From assembly GCA_033581555.1 (NCBI GenBank), contig JAVQSZ010000001.1, positions 1 through 64,000 on the forward strand: 64,000 nt of DNA, written 5' to 3'. Made by a program: the position numbers and the translations under genes. Positions 9,275-18,658 of the stretch are shown here, piece by piece. Position 1 is the stretch's first letter; the number at the start of each line of letters is the position of its first letter. The DNA is from Nitrososphaerota archaeon. Its GTDB lineage: Archaea > Thermoproteota > Nitrososphaeria_A > Caldarchaeales > Calditenuaceae. The notes beneath the pieces are model-generated. The model was given only the letters and a program-made list of their open reading frames with translations. It did no database searches and was not told where the DNA came from.

Positions 9275-10699
9275 CTAGGGCGGCCTGTTGCGGAGTGCGT
9301 GCTCCTCGTCCGAGTACCTGAAGTACTTCAGTATGATTGGGCACCACTCCCTCTCCGGGCAGTACCCGAGGTGCTTGCACTTCTCACCGATCAACGATCC
9401 CAGCCGGGGCGCGGCCCTCTCCACCTCCCTCCAGACCCTGTAGGCTATCGACCTCTCCTCCCACTGTGCTGCGCTGCAGGTCCTCGTCGCGACGAACCCC
9501 ATCGGGCTGAGGAGGTTGAAGAGGTCGTAGACCCTGACGGTCCGTATCCTGACTGATTGGGGGACGAGGTAGACCGAGGCCGCGGCCCCTGCCTCCTCCT
9601 TGACCCTCTCGTGGAGCTCGAGCGCCTCAACGCAGACGTCGATGAAGTCGGACGACCTCGACTCCGAGGACCTGAGATCCGGTGGCACGACGACGTTCCT
9701 CTGCGGGTCCCTGATCGCCCTCGAGGAGGCCTCGAGGACCGACTCGACCGCGGTCGGGACCGTCCTGTGCCTGATCGACTGGTGGTAGGCCGCGAGGGAA
9801 GGGGCCTCCAAGACCACTGCCTCGACGAGCCCTTGAACGTGGGGCGCGAGGTCTGGTCTCTCCGCGAGGACTTCGTCGACGCCCTTGAGCGCCCTCAGCT
9901 CGAGGAGCTCAGCGTCCTGCGGGACCAGGCCTCCGGAGACCCTATCTAGAAGACCGTCGGGCTCCCTCATCGGGTCGAGGAGCGCGTATTCGGTCCATCT
10001 CCCTGAGAAGGAGAGCCTCGACCTCACGGTCAGCGGTGCCGCGGACTCGAGCCCTCTCATCAGCGCCGATGCGAAGGCCCTCAGCTCCTCCGTCACGATC
10101 CCGATGCCCTGTTGCGCCTTCCTGATCAGGTAGACAGCGGACTCAAAAGAGGAGGCGGAGAAGAACGACGTGGCGGTCGCGAGCGGGAGGACGTACCTCG
10201 CGTCCTCGATGGCGACGCCCTCTCCCACGAGCCTCGAGTACTCTGCGAAGGCCCTTCGGAGCCCCCTCACGACCTCGCTCTCAAGCCCCGTGCCCCGGAC
10301 CTCCGCGGGGACCAGCGTCTTCTCCTCAGTCACCGGCGACCTCCTCTGGCTCTCCTGGAGGAAGCTCCCGAACCTGGTGCTGAGCGCCAGCATCGAGAGC
10401 GCCCTCGAGCACCACCGGACCTCGAGGAACGGAATGAACGACGTCGTGAGCGAAGCGTGCCCCCTCCTCGTCGACTCGAAGTGGACCTTCGCCGCGAACT
10501 TCCTCAGGTCCTTCCCCTTCGCGACCAGCTCGAAGGCGTTTCTCGCGAGGTCCACGATTGAGAAGGTCCCGACACCCTCGATCGCGATCACCTCGTCGGG
10601 TCCCAGCTGGATGCCGTCGACCCTCGACTTGGGGCCGAAGTCGATCAGCGTGACCTCGAGCTGGTCGGTGTACCTCAAGTCACAGGCAGACGGCGGCAT
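9275..10699 (-). CDS. thyX: Tandem-domain FAD-dependent thymidylate synthase ThyX-like
   Basis: RGHAS, QESQR and EDARYVLP in domain 1; HQSIRHR and AAQWEER..C..LGYCPE in domain 2. Confidence 0.8.
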   Translation of the reverse strand: MPPSACDLRYTDQLEVTLIDFGPKSRVDGIQLGPDEVIAIEGVGTFSIVDLARNAFELVAKGKDLRKFAAKVHFESTRRGHASLTTSFIPFLEVRWCSRALSMLALSTRFGSFLQESQRRSPVTEEKTLVPAEVRGTGLESEVVRGLRRAFAEYSRLVGEGVAIEDARYVLPLATATSFFSASSFESAVYLIRKAQQGIGIVTEELRAFASALMRGLESAAPLTVRSRLSFSGRWTEYALLDPMREPDGLLDRVSGGLVPQDAELLELRALKGVDEVLAERPDLAPHVQGLVEAVVLEAPSLAAYHQSIRHRTVPTAVESVLEASSRAIRDPQRNVVVPPDLRSSESRSSDFIDVCVEALELHERVKEEAGAAASVYLVPQSVRIRTVRVYDLFNLLSPMGFVATRTCSAAQWEERSIAYRVWREVERAAPRLGSLIGEKCKHLGYCPEREWCPIILKYFRYSDEEHALRNRPP

Positions 10700-10819
10700 T
10701 CACGGATTAAGCTTGAGCAGCATGCGGTAGAGGCAGCGATTCAGGTCTGACCTAGGACCCGACCGACCGATTACGAGTGGGCCGTCAGGCCTAAATCCTC
10801 AGCGGGCCGACTGAGAAGC

Positions 10820-10880
10820 GGGGCGGTGAGGAGCAACGTCCATGCCGAGCGGTGAGGCGCCGATGGGCAGTCCGAGCCCC
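10820..10880 (+). ncRNA. Candidate box C/D methylation-guide sRNA
   Basis: GGGGC/GCCCC terminal stem; C-like GTGAGGA (10826), 12-nt guide, D'-like CCGA (10845), C'-like GTGAGGC (10852), 13-nt guide, D-like CCGA (10872); intergenic. Confidence 0.55.
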
Positions 10881-10893
10881 CTGCTCTCTGGGG

Positions 10894-11400
10894 TCACCGG
10901 TCCGCGAGCGCGCCCCTGAGGACCTGCTCCAGCCCCTTCAGCCCCCTCTCCTGGACCTCCTCGATCGAGCCCCTCCTCAGGGACCTGACGCGCGCTATCG
11001 CCTCCTCGGCCGCGACCCCCTTCGTGGCCATCAGGTACGCCGCGAGGACCGTCCCAGTCCTGCCCTTCCCGGCGGCGCAGTGGACCAGCACCCTCTTCCC
11101 CCTCGACCTGATGTCCCTGATCGTCTTGACGGCCCTGAGGAGGTCCCCGGCCGGGGGCATCTCGTGGTTCCTCATCGGGACGTGATGGTACTCGAGCCCC
11201 AACCCCTCGAGCAGCTCGTCCGGTATCGGGTCCTCGGTGAGCGATAGGACCGCGTCCACGCCCCTGCTCGCGACGTACAGGAGCTGGGACCTGTTGACGG
11301 GCCTGCCGGAGGCAGCTATCCCGTCCTCGAACCACCCGAAGTTCTGCGGGCTCTCGGCGAAGATCCCCCTTAGCCTCCTCAAGAGGTCTCCAGCGCCCAT
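10894..11400 (-). CDS. Dual-specificity protein phosphatase (Cdc14/PTP-like)
   Basis: VHCAAGKGRTG (HCx5R) active site; start trimmed to MGAGDLL. Confidence 0.92.
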   Translation of the reverse strand: MGAGDLLRRLRGIFAESPQNFGWFEDGIAASGRPVNRSQLLYVASRGVDAVLSLTEDPIPDELLEGLGLEYHHVPMRNHEMPPAGDLLRAVKTIRDIRSRGKRVLVHCAAGKGRTGTVLAAYLMATKGVAAEEAIARVRSLRRGSIEEVQERGLKGLEQVLRGALADR

Positions 11401-11481
11401 CGGCCCGACCGCCTCCCGCCTCCTAAAAAGTGGGACCGTGCCGGAAGAGGTTGAATAGCCTCCAGCGGACGTTGCCGGCGG

Positions 11482-12372
11482 ATGGGCTCCGTAATCGTCG
11501 TCGCGGGGCCGGCGTCGGTCCACCTCTCGAGGAGGGTCGCGTCGGCGCTGGGCCTCGAGGCGGTGGAGGTCCAGCACAGGTTCTTCCCGGACGGCGAGTC
11601 CTACCTGCGGCTCGAGTGCGACGTCAGCGGGAAGACCGCGGTCCTCTTCCAGGGGACCCACCCGCCTCAGGACGTCCACGCGCTCCAGCTACTGATGCTC
11701 TCAAGGACGCTGAGGGAGAGGGGGGCATCGGAGGTGATCGCGGTCGTGCCGTATCTGGCCTATGCGAGGCAGGACAGGGAGTTCCTGAGAGGGGAGGTCG
11801 TGAGCCTCAGGCAGCTCCTCGGGCTCATGGCCGACTCCGGCGTCGGGACGCTCGTCACGGTGAACCCGCACTCCCCCTGGGCGCTGGAACGGGAGGACAT
11901 GAGGTCCGTCGCGGTCGACGTGACCGCCGAGGTCGCGAGGGGGGCCGCGAGGTTCCACGGGAGGTTCGACCTCGTCGCCTCTCCCGGGAAGAAGGGCGAG
12001 AGGATGGCTAGAGCTGCTGGCGAGGCGATCGGCGCGCAGTGGACCAGCTTGACCAGCAGCAGGGACCCGGTGACGGGCAGGGTGGAGGTGATCGTCCCCG
12101 AGGCCCGAGTCGAGGGCCGGAGGGTCCTACTGATCGACGACATCGTCAGCACTGGCGGGACGATGGTCGAGGCGGTCAGGGCGCTCAGGTCCCTCGGGGC
12201 GTCGGAGGTCGTCGTAGCATGCGTCCACGGCCTCTTCGTCGGAGACGCGGCGAGGAGGATCGTTGAGAGCGGCGCCTCGGCCGTCCACTCGACCGACACC
12301 GTCACTTCGGAGCACTCGAGGATCTCTGTCGCGGGAGCCCTCACAGAGGCCCTGAGGCCGATGACAGCGTGA
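11482..12372 (+). CDS. prs: Ribose-phosphate pyrophosphokinase
   Basis: FPDGE, PYLAYARQD, LIDDIVSTGGT motifs. Confidence 0.93.
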   Translation: MGSVIVVAGPASVHLSRRVASALGLEAVEVQHRFFPDGESYLRLECDVSGKTAVLFQGTHPPQDVHALQLLMLSRTLRERGASEVIAVVPYLAYARQDREFLRGEVVSLRQLLGLMADSGVGTLVTVNPHSPWALEREDMRSVAVDVTAEVARGAARFHGRFDLVASPGKKGERMARAAGEAIGAQWTSLTSSRDPVTGRVEVIVPEARVEGRRVLLIDDIVSTGGTMVEAVRALRSLGASEVVVACVHGLFVGDAARRIVESGASAVHSTDTVTSEHSRISVAGALTEALRPMTA

Positions 12373-13397
12373 GGACCGGGAAGTACGTCGCCCTCCTCTC
12401 GGGAGACCACCCCGAGCTCGGACTCGGCGAGCTGAGGGCCGTCCTCGACGTCCTGGGCGTGAAGGGCGAGCCGGCGCTCCTCTGCGAGAGGCTCGCGTCC
12501 TTCGAGGCTACCGAGGAGAGGGCGCGGGAGGCGGCGAGGAGGTGCGCGTTCGTGAAGGAGGTGATCGGACTCGCGATCGCCGTCGGGCCCGAGCTGATCG
12601 GGTCAGAGGTCGAGGTGGACCCCTCTGCGTTGGAGGTGATCGAGGAGCCGTACGCGGTCAGGGTCGTGAAGCTCGCCGGAGCGGAGGCGCCGTCGAGGGT
12701 CGAGGTCGAGCGCTGGGCCGCTTCAGCGGTCGAGAGGTCGAGACCCGGTCTCAGGGTCGACCTGAAGTCCCCCAGGTCCGTCTTCAGGGTCTACGTCACC
12801 GAGAGGCTCGTCGCCGGAGGGCCGGTCGTGGGCGTGAGGGACGGCGCGGGGCTAGCGAGCAGGGCGCCGGTGAACAGGCCCTTCAGGCTACCCTCTACTC
12901 TCCAGCCCAAGGAGGCGAGGGCGATGGTGAACCTCAGCAGGACGCCTTTGGGCTCGAGGATCCTGGACCCGTTCTCGGGGACCGGCGCAGTATTGATGGA
13001 GGCGGCGTCGCTCGGCTACGACGCGGTCGGGATAGAGGTGAGGACCTGGATCGCGAGGGGATCGCTGAGGAACCTGAAGGCGTTCGGACTGTCCGACAGG
13101 GCCGGCGTGATAGCGGGGGACTCGACGTCGTTGCCCGTGAGGGGAGGAGTCGGCGGCGTCGCGACTGACCCTCCCTACGGTAAGTCGACTCGGGTGATCG
13201 GCCCCTCCCTCGAGGACCTCGTCGACGGGGTCCTCTCGGAACTAGCAGAGCTCCTCGAGAGGGGCAGGAGGATCGTCGTCGCCTACCCGCTCGGCCGCAG
13301 GGCTCCGGCGGTCCTCGAGGGCCCCATGGTCGTCGAGAGGTATGCCTACAGGGTCCACTCCTCGCTGACCAGGACCATCAACGTCCTTCAGGTCTGA
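12369..13397 (+). CDS. THUMP-domain tRNA (guanine(10)-N2) methyltransferase, Trm11/TrmG10-like
   Basis: THUMP region, ARAMVNL, ILDPFSGTG, TDPPYG. Confidence 0.85.
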   Translation: MRTGKYVALLSGDHPELGLGELRAVLDVLGVKGEPALLCERLASFEATEERAREAARRCAFVKEVIGLAIAVGPELIGSEVEVDPSALEVIEEPYAVRVVKLAGAEAPSRVEVERWAASAVERSRPGLRVDLKSPRSVFRVYVTERLVAGGPVVGVRDGAGLASRAPVNRPFRLPSTLQPKEARAMVNLSRTPLGSRILDPFSGTGAVLMEAASLGYDAVGIEVRTWIARGSLRNLKAFGLSDRAGVIAGDSTSLPVRGGVGGVATDPPYGKSTRVIGPSLEDLVDGVLSELAELLERGRRIVVAYPLGRRAPAVLEGPMVVERYAYRVHSSLTRTINVLQV

Positions 13398-13454
13398 GAC
13401 GGTGGAAGAGCGGCGCGCCAACCGTTTTATCCAGGCCCTCAGGGAGTAAGTGCG

Positions 13455-13877
13455 ATGTCGATCCCGAAGGACGGGCTCTCGGACGAGGAGGTCAGGAGGA
13501 TACTCTCGATGAGGAGGGTCGTGGTCGTCGGGATGTCGAGGGACCCTGCTAAGCCGGCCCACTACGTCCCCAAGTACCTCCTCGACAAGGGCTACGAGGT
13601 GATTCCGGTGAACCCGACCGCTGACGAGATCCTCGGCCTCAAGGTCCACAAGTCGTTGGCCGAGGTCAAAGGGCCCGTCGACGTGGTCGACGTCTTCAGA
13701 CCCTCCGAGGAGGTCCCAGAGGTCGTCAGGGAGGCAGTCAAGCTGAACCCGAAGGCCATCTGGCTCCAGGAAGGGATCTACCACCCGGAGGCCGTTGAGA
13801 TCGCGAGGAAACACGGAGTCACGATCGTCTGGGACAGGTGCATGATGAAGGAGCACAGACGGCTCATCAGGGCCTGA
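13455..13877 (+). CDS. CoA-binding protein (YccU-like)
   Basis: VVGMS..KPAH.V, VIPVNP, VDVFRP, WLQEG, DRCM. Confidence 0.92.
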   Translation: MSIPKDGLSDEEVRRILSMRRVVVVGMSRDPAKPAHYVPKYLLDKGYEVIPVNPTADEILGLKVHKSLAEVKGPVDVVDVFRPSEEVPEVVREAVKLNPKAIWLQEGIYHPEAVEIARKHGVTIVWDRCMMKEHRRLIRA

Positions 13878-13949
13878 GACCACTTTACATTATTCTTTAC
13901 TTAGACTGCTTATCGCAGAAGATATACAACAATTGAGTTCAGTCGATTT

Positions 13950-15602
13950 TTAGAGGAGACCGAGGGACTCGACGTCCAGCTCCATGATGACCGTAGGCAT
14001 CTCGATCCCGAACTCCTCCAGCACCGATGGGTGCACCTCCCCTGCGAGCCCCACCTCGACGCCCTTGTTGGTTAGGGCCACGGACCTCCCGCCGATCAGG
14101 AACGGATAGTCCCTCTCCGTGGGAACGAGCTCGACCTTGAGGAACCTCGAGACCTCCTCGAAGACCGACTTGACCTCGGTGTAGGAAGCCTGGGAGTGGC
14201 TCGACGCGCAGGCGAGCCTCAGGGACCTCTTCGCCATCTCCGGTCTCGAGTCGTCGTGGAGGACGATGTCCCCAAGCTCGAAGAGCCTCTGCGGATAGGG
14301 GTTGTGCCTGTTCGCGGCGAGGTTGTTCAACAGCCCCGGGATCAGCGTCGTCCTCAGCGAGTCGTACTCCGAGGAGGCTGGGTTGAGGAGCCTCACGGGA
14401 CCGGGCGAGTCGGGAGGGAGGAACCTCCTCAGGACCGATCGGTTAGCGAGTACCGTGTTGATGACCTCCGTGAACCCGAGGCCTACCATCATCGACCTGA
14501 GGACCTCCTCGACGCGGGTCCTGCGGAGGACCGAGCCGAAGCCGTGGGTCTTCGGGACCTCCGGCTCGAGCCTGTCCCAGACCGCGATCGCCACCTCCTC
14601 CGCGATGTCAACTGGATGAAGCAGGTCGGTCCTGTGGGGCGGGGCCTCGACGAGGACTTTTCCCCTTCTCAGCGTGGCTCCGAACCTCATCCTCCTCAGC
14701 GCCCCGACGACCTCCCTCCCGCTCAGCTCCACGCCGAGCGCCTCCGCGACCGTCCCGAGGTCCACCTTCCACCTCGTCGGCCTGAGGTCAGGCGACTCGA
14801 ACCTCCTCCTGCCGTCGACCACCTCGACGGTGTAGACCCTTCCGCCGAGGTCGTGAAGGTGCGAGACGAGGACGTTCAGGGCCCGGCCTATCGCCTCGGG
14901 GTCGGTACCGGTCACGTCGATGAAGACGTCTCGGGTCGACGCTGTCACCTCGGTGAGCGAGGAGTTGATCACCGGCGGGAACGACATCACCTCGCCCCTG
15001 CCGTCAAGGATCAGAGGCGCCAGGCCCGTGTGCCTCACCAGGTCGCCGTAGGCCCTCCCGGTGGGGAGCCTCTCGAGGATCTCCGCGCAAGTCATCGGGA
15101 CGGTGCCGTGGAGCGGGACGAACCTCACCTCGTCCAAGGGCCTTGCGATGTACCGGACCGGTGGCCTGACTCTGGAGAGGTCGTGGATCCCTATCGCGAC
15201 CTTCCTCCTGTTTCTCCCGAGGACCCAGTGGAGGTCCTCCTGGACGGCGATCAGCTCGACGAGGTCATCCTCCGTGAGCCCGAGGCCCCTCACGATCGCG
15301 CCGACCGCGTAGGGCCTCACCGGCTTCACGCTGTGATCGACGATCAACCTCCAACCCGACCTCCTCGCCCTGACCCTGTAGAGCCCCACCTCGATCCCGA
15401 GCAGGCCCTTTAGGGCTCTAGCAAGCCCGGCGTGTGATGAGAAGTCCGGCCTGTTGGGGTTGTACTCGGCCTTGACCTCGTCCCCAGCCACCTCGTCGAC
15501 CGAGACGCCGAGCCTCGCGAGGAGCTCCGCGACCTGATCCGGAGTGAGGTCCATCCCGACCATCCGGCTGAGCTTGCTGGCCCTGACGGTTATCGCCGGC
15601 AA
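13950..15602 (-). CDS. pheT: Phenylalanine--tRNA ligase beta subunit
   Basis: NRPD, GRNRRKVAIGIHD, RTDLLHPVDIAEE, LRTTLIPGLL. Confidence 0.96.
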   Translation of the reverse strand: MPAITVRASKLSRMVGMDLTPDQVAELLARLGVSVDEVAGDEVKAEYNPNRPDFSSHAGLARALKGLLGIEVGLYRVRARRSGWRLIVDHSVKPVRPYAVGAIVRGLGLTEDDLVELIAVQEDLHWVLGRNRRKVAIGIHDLSRVRPPVRYIARPLDEVRFVPLHGTVPMTCAEILERLPTGRAYGDLVRHTGLAPLILDGRGEVMSFPPVINSSLTEVTASTRDVFIDVTGTDPEAIGRALNVLVSHLHDLGGRVYTVEVVDGRRRFESPDLRPTRWKVDLGTVAEALGVELSGREVVGALRRMRFGATLRRGKVLVEAPPHRTDLLHPVDIAEEVAIAVWDRLEPEVPKTHGFGSVLRRTRVEEVLRSMMVGLGFTEVINTVLANRSVLRRFLPPDSPGPVRLLNPASSEYDSLRTTLIPGLLNNLAANRHNPYPQRLFELGDIVLHDDSRPEMAKRSLRLACASSHSQASYTEVKSVFEEVSRFLKVELVPTERDYPFLIGGRSVALTNKGVEVGLAGEVHPSVLEEFGIEMPTVIMELDVESLGLL

Positions 15603-15608
15603 ACTGGG

Positions 15609-17144
15609 TCACCTGACCGCGAAGGTGCTCGCGGACCTGATCCAGGAGAGGTCGTTCAGGTAGAAGGTCCTGATGTCCTCGAGGCCGTGCACGATGAGGG
15701 CGAGCCTCTCGAGCCCCAGGCCCCACGCGAGGACCGGGTACTTGACGCCGAGCGGCCTCGTGACCTCTGGCCTGAAGACGCCCATGCCTCCTAGCTCGAC
15801 CCACCTCTCGAGGTCCCTGAAGTAGACGTCGACTTCGGCGGAGGGCTCCGTGTAAGGGAAGTAGCTCGGCCTGAACCTGACCTCCTTCAGCCCCAGCCTC
15901 GCGTAGAACTCCCTGATTATCCCCATCAGGTGCCTGAGCCCGACGCCGCGGTCCATCAGGATCCCCTCGATCTGGTGGAACTCCGCGAGCCTCTTCCAGT
16001 TGACCCTCTCGTTCCTGAAGATCCTGTCGACCGAGAAGACCTTGACCGGTGGCTCCCTGCGCTCCGCGAGGTACCTGATCGTGGTCGCGGTGGTGTGGGT
16101 CCTGAGGACGAGCCTCGAGGCCTCATCAGCGCTCCACCTGTACCTCCACCCCTTGGACCCTGTGTCGCCTCCTGTCTCGTGGGCCTCCTTTACCTTACCC
16201 ACCAGGTCCTCGGGGAGCCTGCCGGTCGAGGGCCACTCGAGGTAGAAGGTATCGTGCATCTCCCTCGCGGGGTGGTCCTGGGGCTGGAAGAGGGCGTCGA
16301 AGTTCCAGAACGCCAGCTCGACAAGTGGGCCCTGGACCTCCTCGAACCCCAGCTCGACGAAGGCCTCCCTGACCCTCCTGATCAGCGAGGTGAGGGGGTG
16401 CTCCCTTGCGGCGAAGACCGGCTTGACCGGCGCGAGGACGTCGTACCTGATCAGGTGGACCGACCTCCACCTCCCGGTCTTGATCAGCTCGGGCGTGAGC
16501 TGGCTCACCGCGTCGACCGGCTGCTCGACGGACTTCGCGACCAGCAACCCCTCGCGGGTCGCCTCGACGACGTGCTCCCTCTCCTCCCTTAGCTTCACGA
16601 GCCCGGCCCTCCTCGAGAGCCTCGCAGCTGCGCCCGCGAGCGCCCCTAGCTCCTCCAGGCTTCTGGGGCCTGACCTCAGCGCCTCCAGCACCATCTCCTC
16701 CTCCGTCCTGTAGTCGGGGTAGCTGACCAGCTCGACGTAGGTCTCGTCGCCCTCCTTCGCGACCTCGACCCAACCCTGCTTCTTCGCCCAAAGGACGCCG
16801 ATCCTCACCCTCTCCTCGTCCGTCCCCTCGATCGAGCGGAGCTCCGTAAGGCTCGCCCTGCCTCCCTTCGACCTCAGGAAGTCCACCAGCCTCCTCTCGG
16901 GAAGGCCCTTCGTGCTGTACTCGAGGCCCTCGCCGCTCAGCTCCGCGACGGTCCTCACGGTGACCTCGCTGACGCTGACCAGCCCCTTCGACGCGAGCCT
17001 CTCGACCGACTTCGCGACCGCTCCCCGGTCGAGGCCCGTCCTCCTCGAGACCTCGCCGAAGCTGAGCCTCTCTCCCGAGGAGAGCGCCCAGAGCACCCTC
17101 GCCTCGATCGGGTGGAGGGCGATCCTCCCGGCCTCCGAGCTCAA
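15609..17144 (-). CDS. pheS: Phenylalanine--tRNA ligase alpha subunit
   Basis: FWNFDALFQPQDHPAREMHDTF, LRTHTT, YFPYTEPS, GLGLERL. Confidence 0.97.
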   Translation of the reverse strand: MSSEAGRIALHPIEARVLWALSSGERLSFGEVSRRTGLDRGAVAKSVERLASKGLVSVSEVTVRTVAELSGEGLEYSTKGLPERRLVDFLRSKGGRASLTELRSIEGTDEERVRIGVLWAKKQGWVEVAKEGDETYVELVSYPDYRTEEEMVLEALRSGPRSLEELGALAGAAARLSRRAGLVKLREEREHVVEATREGLLVAKSVEQPVDAVSQLTPELIKTGRWRSVHLIRYDVLAPVKPVFAAREHPLTSLIRRVREAFVELGFEEVQGPLVELAFWNFDALFQPQDHPAREMHDTFYLEWPSTGRLPEDLVGKVKEAHETGGDTGSKGWRYRWSADEASRLVLRTHTTATTIRYLAERREPPVKVFSVDRIFRNERVNWKRLAEFHQIEGILMDRGVGLRHLMGIIREFYARLGLKEVRFRPSYFPYTEPSAEVDVYFRDLERWVELGGMGVFRPEVTRPLGVKYPVLAWGLGLERLALIVHGLEDIRTFYLNDLSWIRSASTFAVR

Positions 17145-17229
17145 CCCTCAGCCCCGACCCGACAGGCAGTCTATTAAGTTCACGAGTCGTGGTCGCACGT
17201 TTATAGTGCGGCGGTGCCCCCTAGGGGGC

Positions 17230-17748
17230 ATGAGGTTCAACAACGTCGACCTCGAGAGGGTCTCCAAGACCGTCGAGCTGCTGAAGTCTGACCCGGGGAA
17301 AGCAGTCAGGAACATCGAGGTGAGCGGACAGTGGGTGACAGAGCCGAGCGACGTTCAGTTCGTCGCGAGGTGCAAGGCCGAGTCGGGGGAGTTCAGGATC
17401 GAGGTCGACTCGCCGAGCTTCCTCGGGGGGAGCGGGAGCAGGCCGGGCCCGATGCACTACTGCTTGGTCGGGATGACCTCGTGCTTCATGGCGACGCTCG
17501 TCGGGATCGCGGCCGAGAAGGGCGTGAGGCTAACAGCCGCTGAGGTCAAGGGGTCCTGCGAGGTCGACTTCTCTAAGCCGCTGGGGATACAGGACCGGCC
17601 GATCGTCAGGTCAGTGAGGTTCGAGGTCAGACTGTCCGGCGACGCGCCGAGGGAGGCGATGGAGCGGCTGGTGGAGGAGGCCAAGGACCGGTGCCCGGCG
17701 ATCTACAGCCTAAGGACCCCAATCGAGCCGCAGGTCGCCTTGCTTTAG
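17230..17748 (+). CDS. OsmC-family protein
   Basis: D.P.FLGG.G..PGP...L....SC...RCP; start trimmed to MRFNN. Confidence 0.88.
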   Translation: MRFNNVDLERVSKTVELLKSDPGKAVRNIEVSGQWVTEPSDVQFVARCKAESGEFRIEVDSPSFLGGSGSRPGPMHYCLVGMTSCFMATLVGIAAEKGVRLTAAEVKGSCEVDFSKPLGIQDRPIVRSVRFEVRLSGDAPREAMERLVEEAKDRCPAIYSLRTPIEPQVALL

Positions 17749-17801
17749 AACCGCTTGGAAGGCGAGGACGGCGACAAAAACTTAACTACCGACGGGCAGA
17801 A

Positions 17802-18482
17802 ATGAATTTAGAGGGCTTGAGGGCCGAGAGGTCCCAGGACCTTCTGCTCCTCCTCGAGGGAGCTGGCAGGTTAGTCCAGGGCCTCGCTGTCGGTCCCGTG
17901 ATCTACCTGAGGGCCCTCTTCGCGCTCAACAGGGTGAGCATGATCAGCAGGTCGGCTCTGGGCGCGAGGCTCGGAGTCGGAGAGGGGACCGCAAGGACGA
18001 TCATCAGGAGGCTGGCCCAGCGGGGGCTGGTGAACGTGATCAGGTCGGGATGCCACCTGAGCGACCAAGGCAGGGAGTTCCTCCGGAAGCTGTCGGAGTT
18101 GATGACCGAACCGAGACTAATCGGGCTCGAGGAGGTCTGGAGGTACGAATACAGCGTGGGCGTCGTCGTAAGGAGGGCATCGGGACACGTTGGGAGGGGC
18201 CTCGACGAGCGCGACGCGGCGATCAGGTACGGAGCGGAGGCCGCGATGGTCCTCAGCTACGTCTCGGGGAGGGTCATGATGCCCGAGGTCAGCGACGTCT
18301 CCGAGGAGCACCCCGAGTTCGCGAGGAAGTTGCTGAACGAGCTCGGCCCGGGAGAAGGTGACGTCATGCTGATCGCCGGAGCAAGGGGATTTCATGCCGC
18401 TGAGTCCGGCGCACTCGGGTCTGCTGTGTATCTGACGAGGAAGGTGCTCAGGTCGGGCGTCATGCCTGCAGGGACCGATTGA
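17802..18482 (+). CDS. Winged-helix protein, DUF4443-like
   Basis: ISRSALGARLGVGEGTARTI HTH; GLDERDAAIRYGA. Confidence 0.75.
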   Translation: MNLEGLRAERSQDLLLLLEGAGRLVQGLAVGPVIYLRALFALNRVSMISRSALGARLGVGEGTARTIIRRLAQRGLVNVIRSGCHLSDQGREFLRKLSELMTEPRLIGLEEVWRYEYSVGVVVRRASGHVGRGLDERDAAIRYGAEAAMVLSYVSGRVMMPEVSDVSEEHPEFARKLLNELGPGEGDVMLIAGARGFHAAESGALGSAVYLTRKVLRSGVMPAGTD

Positions 18483-18529
18483 AACTGATCCTAGAGCACT
18501 CTCTCGCGGACCGAGAATCACTGACCCGA

Positions 18530-18620
18530 CGGGCCCGGTGGGAATCGAACCCACGACCTTCCGGTCTCAGTGACCGCTCGAGCCTAACAGCCGGGCGCTC
18601 TACCGCTGAGCTACGGGCCC
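18530..18620 (-). tRNA. tRNA-Asn(GTT) with 19-nt intron at 37/38 (18566-18584)
   Basis: GGGCCCG acceptor stem, D arm GCTCAGCGGTAGAGC, CT-GTT-A then insert, T loop GGTTCGATTCC. Confidence 0.92.
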
Positions 18621-18633
18621 GGCGATGAAATCG

Positions 18634-18658
18634 ACGATTACGTCTTAAACGTAATCGT
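18634..18658. promoter_or_regulatory. Perfect 10-bp inverted repeat enclosing the tRNA-Asn TATA-like box
   Basis: ACGATTACGT-CTTAA-ACGTAATCGT. Confidence 0.6.
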
